A stretch of 64,000 bases of DNA from assembly GCA_963735805.1 (NCBI GenBank), contig CAVTMK010000002.1, positions 960,001 through 1,024,000 on the forward strand. The letters run 5' to 3'. This DNA comes from an uncultured Verrucomicrobiae bacterium. Its GTDB lineage: Bacteria; Verrucomicrobiota; Verrucomicrobiia; Chthoniobacterales; UBA10450. This document shows positions 30,480-38,392 of the stretch, piece after piece; the first letter of the stretch is position 1, and each line of letters opens with the position of its first letter. The notes beneath the pieces were generated by a model. The model did not search any database. It worked only from the letters and a program-made list of their open reading frames with translations, and was not told the DNA's origin. The position numbers and the translations under genes were made by a program.

Positions 30480-30971
30480 TCAATCACCCGGATCGCGCAG
30501 AATAAATTCCTGGAGAAAACCGTAGAAGTTTATCTGAAACAAGCTCAGGTCTCGGCGCGATCCTATGGGCGAGCGAAAGTGATCGCTCAACTCGGTTTCG
30601 GTGAAGTTATTTTTTGCAGCTATCATCAACCGCGCCTGGTTGAGCGCGCTCAGCCAGGCATCAGTATGTTTGGCGGGAATGCGCAGAGTTCGGTTGGCTA
30701 AACTTTTTTCGTTGCCATTTAGTTGTTCCAAATCGGCTGTGACCGTTTCGGTGGCAGTCTCAAAAAGACGCCGCAGTTCAGGTTCAACATATACTTTCCA
30801 CTCCGCGCACAACTCGGTTTCCTCTGCATTCGTCGGAGGACTGAAGAGGCGCTTCTCGGCAGCCGGTTGACCGTCTGGACTGGTGCTTGAAGGGATTTGT
30901 CGAAGCAGTTCTGCGAGAAACGGATCCAGCTCGGAAATCTCAATATGGTCTTTGCGCCTGCAAATTTCCAT
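30480..30971 (-). CDS. DUF2017-like protein
   Basis: Directly after clpS; KRLFSPP, DAWLSALNQARL, YGFLQEFIL. Confidence 0.7.
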   Translation of the reverse strand: MEICRRKDHIEISELDPFLAELLRQIPSSTSPDGQPAAEKRLFSPPTNAEETELCAEWKVYVEPELRRLFETATETVTADLEQLNGNEKSLANRTLRIPAKHTDAWLSALNQARLMIAAKNNFTETELSDHFRSPIGSRRDLSLFQINFYGFLQEFILRDPGD

Positions 30972-30972
30972 A

Positions 30973-31347
30973 TCAGCTGGTTTTCTCGAGTGTGGCGAGG
31001 AGGAGATAACCATGCAACTGCTGGACGTAAAGTTCGGCAGGCTCTCGCATGCCAGCCCATAGGATCGAACGTCCGTTGTGATGAACCTCCAACATATGTC
31101 TTTCTGCTTTTTCGCGCGGATAGCCAAAGACCCGTTGAAAAACCATTGTCACATAGCTCATCAAATTCACGGGGTCGTTATGGACCACTACCTGCCAGGG
31201 GATATCGAGATCTTCTTCCGAAAGCGTTTCCTCGGCAGGTTCGACAGTTGTTACAGAGCCAGTCTTCTCGTCCAAAACGTGAGTCGTTTCCTCTAGTCTT
31301 TCACTCTGCGCCAGGCATCCAAGGTTCCGCCGCAGCTCGCGACTCAT
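30973..31347 (-). CDS. clpS: Clp protease adaptor ClpS
   Basis: PWQVVVHNDPVNLMSYV, MLEVHHNGRS, YVQQLHGYLL; start uncertain. Confidence 0.93.
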   Translation of the reverse strand: MSRELRRNLGCLAQSERLEETTHVLDEKTGSVTTVEPAEETLSEEDLDIPWQVVVHNDPVNLMSYVTMVFQRVFGYPREKAERHMLEVHHNGRSILWAGMREPAELYVQQLHGYLLLATLEKTS

Positions 31348-31453
31348 AGCCAAAACGCTAACATACGACGCTCTCAGTTCAAACAAGCTGTAGCGATCGG
31401 TGACAGCTGATGGTACGCGTTCACGGACGAAAACCGCGCGGTGCGTTCAGCGC

Positions 31454-31912
31454 TCACAAAGCGCCGCTGCAGGTCGTCAGGATTTCTTTCTGGGCCCTCT
31501 CCATCCTTCGCGACCCGGTCTGCGTCTGATCGTCGAAGCCATGCAAATGCAAAAGGCCATGGGCGATATAGAGCGGAAGCTCGCGCGCGAGCGAAGTCCC
31601 AAACGTGCTAGCATGGCGCTTCGCTGTTTCAACGCTGATAAAAATCTCACCATGTTGAAACGTAAGGACATCGGTTGGACCCGCTTGGTGCATGAATTTG
31701 CGATGTAACGATGCCATTCGGCGATCTGAAATGAGCCAGATGAAAATCTCGTGCAGTTCACTCAAGTCCGTTCGTTTTCGTTTGTGCAATTGCAAACAGC
31801 AGCGCATCGCTTTCGCGGCGAAATCTTGAAGGTCGCCAATATTGACGCGAGTTTTTCGCTGAAGATTGCACACACTGATTTTGGGAGATGCGACCGATTT
31901 CAAATCGTTCAC
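31454..31912 (-). CDS. ybeY: rRNA maturation endoribonuclease YbeY
   Basis: PTDVLTF, GEIFIS, AHGLLHLHGFDD. Confidence 0.9.
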   Translation of the reverse strand: MNDLKSVASPKISVCNLQRKTRVNIGDLQDFAAKAMRCCLQLHKRKRTDLSELHEIFIWLISDRRMASLHRKFMHQAGPTDVLTFQHGEIFISVETAKRHASTFGTSLARELPLYIAHGLLHLHGFDDQTQTGSRRMERAQKEILTTCSGAL

Positions 31913-31934
31913 TCACTGACCTGTGAATTCTTCT

Positions 31935-33215
31935 TCACGCCGGCGGTCTTTGCTCCGATTGAAAATTGCGAGTAATCAATCGTGCGCCTTTATCGAATGT
32001 AAGGTACGCCCAGGCCCATTGGAAGAGTACCAGCAGCCGGTTTCGGAAACCGACCAGGAAAAATATGTGCACGAACAACCAGGCCAGCCAGGCGGGCAGC
32101 CCGCTAAGGTGCACGAATCTTAAATTTGCGACAGCTTTGTTTCGGCCGATCGTTGCAAGGGTCCCCTTGTCCCAATAATGGAAGCGGCGCGGTTTTCGCC
32201 CCTTAATCATTGCAAGAACGTTACGCGCGGCGTGACGTCCTTGTTGCATCGCGACTGGCGAAACTCCCGGCAAAGGTTCCCCAGTCTGATGGGAAAAATT
32301 CGCAAGGTCCCCAATCACCTGAACTTCAGGGTGGCCCGGAATCGTAAGGTCGTCGTTTACAACGGTGCGACCAACCCGGTCTACTGGCACTCCAAGAGTT
32401 TTTCCAACGAACGATGCATTATTACCAGCTGCCCAGATTTTAACACGACAGGGAATGAATTCGTCGCCGATCTGTACTCCGCCCTCCGTAATATTCGTTG
32501 CCCGCGTACCCGTGCGCACATCCACGCCAAGATCGACGAGCTGTTTCTGCGCGCTCCGTGACAAATCCTCGGGAAAGGCACCGAGCAGGCGCGGGTCCCC
32601 TTCGATCAGAATCACGCGCGCCTGTGATGGATCGATGTGACGAAAATCCTTCGCCAGGGTGTGACGTGAAATTTCTGCGATCGCGCCAGCCATTTCCACA
32701 CCCGTCGGTCCGCCACCGATGATAACAAACGTCATGGCTGCCTTGCGCGCCGCTTCATCGTCGATTTTCTCCGCGTATTCGAATGCCATGAGAATCCGGC
32801 GCCTGAGCTCAACCGCGTCTTCAAGGCTCTTCAACCCGGGCGCCAACTTCTCCCAATCATTATGTCCAAAGTAGGAATGCCGGGCGCCAGTCGCGAGGAT
32901 GAGGTAATCGTAGTCGAATTCCAGGTCGGTGGTTTTCACTTTTTTGGCCGCTACGTCTACGGACTCCACTTCAGCGAGAATTACCTCTACGTTTTTCGAT
33001 TTGCTCAAGACTGAACGCACCGGAGCCGCAATGTCGGCGGGTGAGAGCGCAGCGGTCGCGACCTGGTAGAGTAAAGGCTGAAAAAGATGGTAATTTGTGC
33101 GGTCGATCACGGTGATCTGAACATCCTTATGAGCAAGTTTCTTCGCCGCCTCAAGACCGCCAAATCCAGCACCAACAATTATAACGCGAGGTTTTTGATT
33201 CTGTGATTCCGTCAT
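31935..33215 (-). CDS. ndh: Type II NADH dehydrogenase-family FAD oxidoreductase
   Basis: GAGFGG, FQPLLYQVATA, GGGPTGVEMAG, WAAG, DKGTLATIGR. Confidence 0.9.
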   Translation of the reverse strand: MTESQNQKPRVIIVGAGFGGLEAAKKLAHKDVQITVIDRTNYHLFQPLLYQVATAALSPADIAAPVRSVLSKSKNVEVILAEVESVDVAAKKVKTTDLEFDYDYLILATGARHSYFGHNDWEKLAPGLKSLEDAVELRRRILMAFEYAEKIDDEAARKAAMTFVIIGGGPTGVEMAGAIAEISRHTLAKDFRHIDPSQARVILIEGDPRLLGAFPEDLSRSAQKQLVDLGVDVRTGTRATNITEGGVQIGDEFIPCRVKIWAAGNNASFVGKTLGVPVDRVGRTVVNDDLTIPGHPEVQVIGDLANFSHQTGEPLPGVSPVAMQQGRHAARNVLAMIKGRKPRRFHYWDKGTLATIGRNKAVANLRFVHLSGLPAWLAWLFVHIFFLVGFRNRLLVLFQWAWAYLTFDKGARLITRNFQSEQRPPA

Positions 33216-33356
33216 TCTCGAATACTCCAGCAACGTTCAACCTCGAAATGATCGTGGGTAAACGCTTCACGCACAACACTGAGCATTCAAGCCAGGCTGT
33301 TGGCTACAACAAAAGACGGTTGTTAAAACCACGTCTGCTATTATGTTTGTTGCCTT

Positions 33357-33566
33357 ATGCCAAAGCCGATCGCTCGCAGTAAAACCCGCAAAGCAGTTGC
33401 AAAACGCTTTAAGATCACGGCGCGTGGCAAAGTGCTGCGGGCGCACTCTTCTCGGCGGCACTTGCTGTCACTAAAAAGTGCAAAGCGAAAGCGCCATTTA
33501 AGCAAATCGGCACGCGTGGACGAAACCGATGTCGCCCGCATCAAGGCAAACCTGCCATTTGGTTAA
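33357..33566 (+). CDS. rpmI: 50S ribosomal protein L35
   Basis: MPK...KTRKAVAKRFKITARGKV...RRHLL. Confidence 0.95.
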   Translation: MPKPIARSKTRKAVAKRFKITARGKVLRAHSSRRHLLSLKSAKRKRHLSKSARVDETDVARIKANLPFG

Positions 33567-33612
33567 AGCGCTGCCCTTGTTTCTGTCACCGTTAGGCTCC
33601 GTCAGAGTTTAG

Positions 33613-33810
33613 TTAGTAACGGTGCAGGCCTGCCGTCGGAGCCGTTTCCTGGCTGCTAGTTGTTGTTGTGACGCCGTACCATTGACGCGCCGCTTCAAGC
33701 GACTCTGGTGCCGGTTCGGGACTGTAAAGATCGCGCCGATTAACGAGTGTTGTGCAGGAGTCCACCGTGCCCAGCAGAATAATGAGGAGGAGCGGCGCGA
33801 ACCATTTCAC
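33613..33810 (-). CDS. Small putative lipoprotein
   Basis: GTG start; KWFAPLLLIILLGTVDSC followed by TTLVNRRDLYSP; lipobox is atypical. Confidence 0.5.
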   Translation of the reverse strand: MKWFAPLLLIILLGTVDSCTTLVNRRDLYSPEPAPESLEAARQWYGVTTTTSSQETAPTAGLHRY

Positions 33811-33908
33811 GCCGTCGATGCAAACAGATGCTTCTCGGCTTGTCAATGTCTCGGCATTTCAGGAACGCAGTCGGTTGCGCGATGCTGGTGTTGGATGGAA
33901 ATTCAACC

Positions 33909-34004
33909 TCCGCCAGGGGCTATGGATTGAGGACTTACGAATCCCGCCAGGGCAGGAATGCAGCAACGGTAGTCTGATCCTCCTTGCCGTAGTTCTCTGG
34001 CGGA
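33909..34004 (+). ncRNA. ffs: Signal recognition particle RNA (4.5S)
   Basis: Long hairpin TCCGCCAGGGGCTATGG / CCGTAGTTCTCTGGCGGA enclosing the SRP domain IV motif GCCAGG-GCA-GGAA-TGC-AGCAA; followed by a T6 run. Confidence 0.9.
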
Positions 34005-34052
34005 CTTTTTTGCGATAGCGTCACCGCCGTGTGCCCCTTCAGGGATCAAGTC

Positions 34053-34340
34053 ATGAAATTGCTAAAGACTAGGACCGCACGTTTTTCCCACGTCGTTGAA
34101 AAATGTGGCAAGGCGCACGTTTATACACTTTGGCAAAAACCCTCTGCGGATCGTCACCTTCAGACACAGCTAAAGACTAATCGAGTCATGACGATCCTTA
34201 AGACTGAAAGCGGCACGGATTTTGGAATTGCTGGGTTTAAAGAAAAGAAAGGCGCTACTTATCTGGTTTTCTCCAAATCGTTGAAGCGCTTTGCAGACAA
34301 GCGAGTCATTGGGATTGACTGGGCCCTTGTCGGTGATTAG
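34053..34340 (+). CDS. Hypothetical basic protein
   Basis: 95-aa ORF after ffs; KTRTARFSHVVEKCGK, TDFG, KRVIGIDW. Confidence 0.6.
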   Translation: MKLLKTRTARFSHVVEKCGKAHVYTLWQKPSADRHLQTQLKTNRVMTILKTESGTDFGIAGFKEKKGATYLVFSKSLKRFADKRVIGIDWALVGD

Positions 34341-34452
34341 CACTCACGAACTCGACGGCTTTAAGCCATCAGTTTCGGGTTCCACCCTTTTTGCCTGTGA
34401 TGGGCACAGCACTACCGCTATCGGAGGCCGCGGTCGTGCCATCCCTCAGACG

Positions 34453-34788
34453 CTACCCTGGCGGCCAGGCGAGGGCGCGTCTGCCAAGAAGGTGCACATG
34501 TAAATGCGGAACACTTTCACCAGCATCTGGCCCGCAATTGATAACGACACGATAGCCGTTCGATAATTCGAGTTTCTTTGCCAGATCTCGCGCCACCAGA
34601 AGTAGTTTGCCGAGCAGCGGACGATCTTCATCCTTCGCATCCGAAAGACGAGGAACGACCCTCTTGGGCACGATCAGCACGTGCACGGGGGCTTGTGGAT
34701 TAACATCGTGAAAAGCGACTGCATCGTCATCTTCCCAGATGATTTTCGCTGGAATTTGGCGTGCGATGATTTTTTCGAAAATGGTCAT
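34453..34788 (-). CDS. hinT: HIT-family nucleotide hydrolase
   Basis: IFEKII, FHDVNPQAPVH, VPHLHVHLLG histidine triad. Confidence 0.93.
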   Translation of the reverse strand: MTIFEKIIARQIPAKIIWEDDDAVAFHDVNPQAPVHVLIVPKRVVPRLSDAKDEDRPLLGKLLLVARDLAKKLELSNGYRVVINCGPDAGESVPHLHVHLLGRRALAWPPG

Positions 34789-34901
34789 GGCGTGAAGTGA
34801 TTGGTCACCGAGAGAATTTGGGTAAATCTGCGCATTCTGGCCGTAATTCAAATGTGAAACGCTATGGATTCAAAGCTTTCCGGTTACCCCAATGGACCTC
34901 C

Positions 34902-35468
34902 TTAGCGCAGCGAACAATCGATTCTCACAACCGTCGGATCCACTGCGGAGGTTAGCTTCTCGCGGACGAAACAAACAATTTCCTCGCGCAACGGGTCGCA
35001 GGCGCGCGTCCAGCTTTTTACTCCGCGAAGATGTTTCACACATGGCTGCAGCGAACAAAGGTGGAGATTATCGGCGCCGGTTTCGATCAGGCTGTTAATT
35101 CGCTTTTCCAAAAGATCAAAAAATGCGAGCTCGTAACCTGCGCCCGCATGGTAAGCGATGTCCAGTAACGAGATCGAGATTGGCGGTGGCGCGGGGGCAA
35201 AATGCGGCACAATTTCCTTGTATCCGATTGCTTTCAGCACAAACCGCACAGTCTGTGACAATTGACTGAACGCGACGACGCTTTCGTCGTTTCGCAAGTG
35301 CAGGTAAAAAGCGATGCTTTCGGTCACGTGATCGGTCAACCACCAACTGGGGTAGCCAGCTTCATCGGCCGCTCGCGTGATCGCGGCGTGCAGCCAATTG
35401 CGATCAAATTCGAACAGTTGGCCCGACTCGGTGCGAAGATATGGGAACTCTTCCTTAAACGCGACCAT
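34902..35468 (-). CDS. Hypothetical protein with ATP-cone-like N-terminus, overlapping nrdR
   Basis: 188-aa ORF overlapping the nrdR stop by 14 nt; SGQLFEFDRNWLHAAITRAA...QTVRFVLKAIGY. Confidence 0.75.
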   Translation of the reverse strand: MVAFKEEFPYLRTESGQLFEFDRNWLHAAITRAADEAGYPSWWLTDHVTESIAFYLHLRNDESVVAFSQLSQTVRFVLKAIGYKEIVPHFAPAPPPISISLLDIAYHAGAGYELAFFDLLEKRINSLIETGADNLHLCSLQPCVKHLRGVKSWTRACDPLREEIVCFVREKLTSAVDPTVVRIDCSLR

Positions 35469-36009
35469 GATTCTTAGTGACTAGAATGTTGTGCGACCCA
35501 GCCGTGGGTTTCTGCTCGGTCTCAGGAGGAAATAATTCCCGCTGAAGCGTGTTTGGTTTTACGCGGCGGCCAAGAGTGTGAATGGCATCCACAAATTGGT
35601 CGACACCTTCGAACCGCTGGTACACTGAGGCGTAACGCAAGTAGGCCACCTCATCGATCGCACGTAGTTTTTCGAGCACTTTGGCGCCGATTACGGACGA
35701 AGGAACCTCGCGGCCGCTCGTTTCAAGTTCGTGTACAATCTCATCCACGGTGTCCTCCAGAGTGAGAAGACTTGTAGAACGCTTTTCGAAGGCTTTCGCG
35801 ATACTGGCTGCCAGTTTGCGTCGATCAAATGGTTCGTGGGTTCTGTCACGTTTTACCACGCGCAGATCGGAGCGCTCGATTTCTTCGTAGGTAGTAAAGC
35901 GAAACTTGCATTTCAAACATTCGCGGCGACGACGAATACTTGAACTATCCCGCGACTGACGGGAATCGATGACCTTGTCATCACGAGACCCGCACTTGGG
36001 GCAACGCAT
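35455..36009 (-). CDS. nrdR: Transcriptional repressor NrdR
   Basis: MRCPKCG, IRRRRECLKC, RFTTYE, VVKRD, DEVAYLRYASVY. Confidence 0.97.
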   Translation of the reverse strand: MRCPKCGSRDDKVIDSRQSRDSSSIRRRRECLKCKFRFTTYEEIERSDLRVVKRDRTHEPFDRRKLAASIAKAFEKRSTSLLTLEDTVDEIVHELETSGREVPSSVIGAKVLEKLRAIDEVAYLRYASVYQRFEGVDQFVDAIHTLGRRVKPNTLQRELFPPETEQKPTAGSHNILVTKNHGRV

Positions 36010-36030
36010 AGTATGAGAATGGCAATTACC

Positions 36031-36052
36031 ACACTATTCCTTGTGGTGTCAA
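36031..36052 (-). promoter_or_regulatory. nrdR promoter -35 with adjacent NrdR-box-like palindrome
   Basis: TTGACA (36052-36047) directly followed by CCACAAGGAATAGTGT, 12/16 match to acaCwAtATaTwGtgt. Confidence 0.5.
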
Positions 36053-36187
36053 CGCTTCTTTGATTGTTTGTACAAATCAGCGGAACAGTCGAAAAAACGA
36101 TGCGTCCTCGTATTGTTTTGCATTGAACCGACTAGAAGAACGCCCGGCAATTGACGCAACGCATCAGTAACGATACACGCATTCCAG

Positions 36188-37159
36188 ATGCAAAAACGCC
36201 CGGCAGACAGTGTTCACTATGGTCCTTGGCTGGTTGGCCTCGGGGCTGCGCTATGGGGAACTGAGAGCGCGTGGCGCATCCCACTCAACGAGTTGTTCGA
36301 TGCCAAGGTAATCGTGTTTTGGGAACACGTGCTCATTTTAATCATGTTCCTGCCGATTCTAGTCCCGCATCTGAAGGAGATTCCAAGAATCCGCGCACAC
36401 ACGTGGGGCTTTCTTCTATTCTCAGGATTCGCCGGCTCTGCGGTCGGCACAATTTTCTTTACGCTGGCACTCAAGTACGGAAACCCGACCGTGGTGAATG
36501 TCGTTCTGAATATCCAGCCTGTTATTTCAACCGTTGGTGCATTCTTGCTTTTCGGCGACAGGCTTGCCCATCGCTTCTTCTTTTATGCTGCTACCGCCGT
36601 CGTCGCCGGTATCTTCGTTTCCGTCACGCATCCAACGATGATCGGTGTCTCTTTTGAGCGCGCCGGCCTTAATCTTGGCTCGGGATACGCGCTGATCTGT
36701 GCGCTGTTCTGGGGACTATCGACGGTTGCTGGCCGCGGGGTGATGACCGGCATGTCGCTTCGACTTGCGTCGGGCATGCGCATTGTCGTCGGCCTCGCGT
36801 GCATGACGCTGATTCTTCTCGCCTATGGCAAACTTCACGGCGCAGCGCTCTGGCCAGCGACGGCACAAGCAAACGCTGGTAAGGCGGTCGTCCTGCTTTT
36901 GTGTTTGGCGTCGATCTCAGGCGGAATTCCGCTCCTGATTTATTTTCAAGGATTGCATCTTACGCGCGCATCAACGGCCGGTTATTTCGAAATGATGCAA
37001 ACACTTGCGGCGGTGTGCATCACATGGGGAATCTTCCACGCGACACTTCACGCGCATCAAGTACTCGCAGCCATCGTGCTGATCGCCGCGGTGGCGATGG
37101 TTCATCATGTGCAAAAACAGGTTGAATCCGCAGGTCAGCAGGTTGCGAAAAATTACTAA
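36188..37159 (+). CDS. DMT/EamA-family transporter
   Basis: About 10 TM segments, AALWG, ALFWGLSTVAGR; two-repeat layout. Confidence 0.85.
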   Translation: MQKRPADSVHYGPWLVGLGAALWGTESAWRIPLNELFDAKVIVFWEHVLILIMFLPILVPHLKEIPRIRAHTWGFLLFSGFAGSAVGTIFFTLALKYGNPTVVNVVLNIQPVISTVGAFLLFGDRLAHRFFFYAATAVVAGIFVSVTHPTMIGVSFERAGLNLGSGYALICALFWGLSTVAGRGVMTGMSLRLASGMRIVVGLACMTLILLAYGKLHGAALWPATAQANAGKAVVLLLCLASISGGIPLLIYFQGLHLTRASTAGYFEMMQTLAAVCITWGIFHATLHAHQVLAAIVLIAAVAMVHHVQKQVESAGQQVAKNY

Positions 37160-38335
37160 TTACGGCGGAATTACCCAATAATCAGTTGAGGTCCTACTTC
37201 CGTTGTATTTTAGGAGATGTCGTTTTGCAGCAGGATAATCATCGCGGATTAGCCAATACAAATCTTCCAGGACAGGTCTCTCAAGAAACAGGCGATGCTT
37301 TTTGAGAGAGTCCTCTTTCGAGGAGAAAGAAACATCGACCAGGTCAATCTCCCCGGGAAGCTGTTTCTCGTAATACAGAAAGGTCTGAATCTCGTCCAGA
37401 TTTGTGTCCGGAGAGAATTGCTCCGGCAGACCGATCGAATCGACGTTGTATAGGAGTTTGCCCAATAACAGGACATTGTCGTCAGAAGCAACATAGATCG
37501 TCAATCGGTTGACCAAAGTTTGTAGTGCAGGCTTGAAGTTTTGATCAAATTCTTCCCTATCTACATTGGGAGCAATAAAGATTACGTGATCCAGTTTCAG
37601 GTTCTTGAGATTTGGATCGTTGTATAGCTTTTCCAAAGCCAAGCACACCAGTCGGCAGCCAAGACTGTGCGCGATGATGATGATTTTTGGCGGCTTAACT
37701 TCGTTGTTGATTGCCTCCAGCAGGTCCACCAGATGCTTTGTAGAGTGAGGAATCTGAAGTACGTCGCGCGTGTAGCCGAGGACCGATTCGTTGCTTGTCC
37801 AATCGAACGTAAGAACGTTTGCGTCGATGTTCAGGGCGCGCGCGACTTGCGCACAGTGTACCGTGCTGAGGGGAAATGAAGCCCGGTAACCGTGGATCCA
37901 AATGACTAAAGGTTTTCCGGATTGACCCTGAAGGAATTGGAGAAACGCTGAGTAGGGAATCGATTCCACCTTCTTGATCGCACCGCCGTCTATGGGCGAG
38001 CTGAATGGATGATACTGCGGCACTTGGACGTTTATCAGGCCGTACGAAGGCTGTCCTGCGTATTCGCTGAGGTAAGTGACGTTTCCATCCGTGAGAGGCC
38101 CTGCTTTCCTGTCGGTGACATAGCCAATTGTCTCGTTGAAGTTTCGGCTAACCATGAATGGCCGGACTCTTCCTTGCAGAAGCCGAGTCAGACCTGCACC
38201 AAGGTGCGTCGGAATCGGAAAGTAAACAGCTGTGACCGATCCCAGAATGTAACAGAGCGCTGCGAGAAGAACGACAAGAGCGGTCTTTTTTCGCACGAAT
38301 TTGATTTTATTTTGCGTCGTGCTGGTGTGAAGCAC
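37160..38335 (-). CDS. DUF900-type alpha/beta hydrolase with N-terminal anchor
   Basis: YVTDR, WIHGY, FDW, IAHSLG nucleophile motif, APNVD, TIYVASDD. Confidence 0.8.
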   Translation of the reverse strand: MLHTSTTQNKIKFVRKKTALVVLLAALCYILGSVTAVYFPIPTHLGAGLTRLLQGRVRPFMVSRNFNETIGYVTDRKAGPLTDGNVTYLSEYAGQPSYGLINVQVPQYHPFSSPIDGGAIKKVESIPYSAFLQFLQGQSGKPLVIWIHGYRASFPLSTVHCAQVARALNIDANVLTFDWTSNESVLGYTRDVLQIPHSTKHLVDLLEAINNEVKPPKIIIIAHSLGCRLVCLALEKLYNDPNLKNLKLDHVIFIAPNVDREEFDQNFKPALQTLVNRLTIYVASDDNVLLLGKLLYNVDSIGLPEQFSPDTNLDEIQTFLYYEKQLPGEIDLVDVSFSSKEDSLKKHRLFLERPVLEDLYWLIRDDYPAAKRHLLKYNGSRTSTDYWVIPP

Positions 38336-38392
38336 AAGTCGCGCGTGGACGTCCCTCCGCTTAACACGTCCGAGCGGTCGTGATATTCCCTG

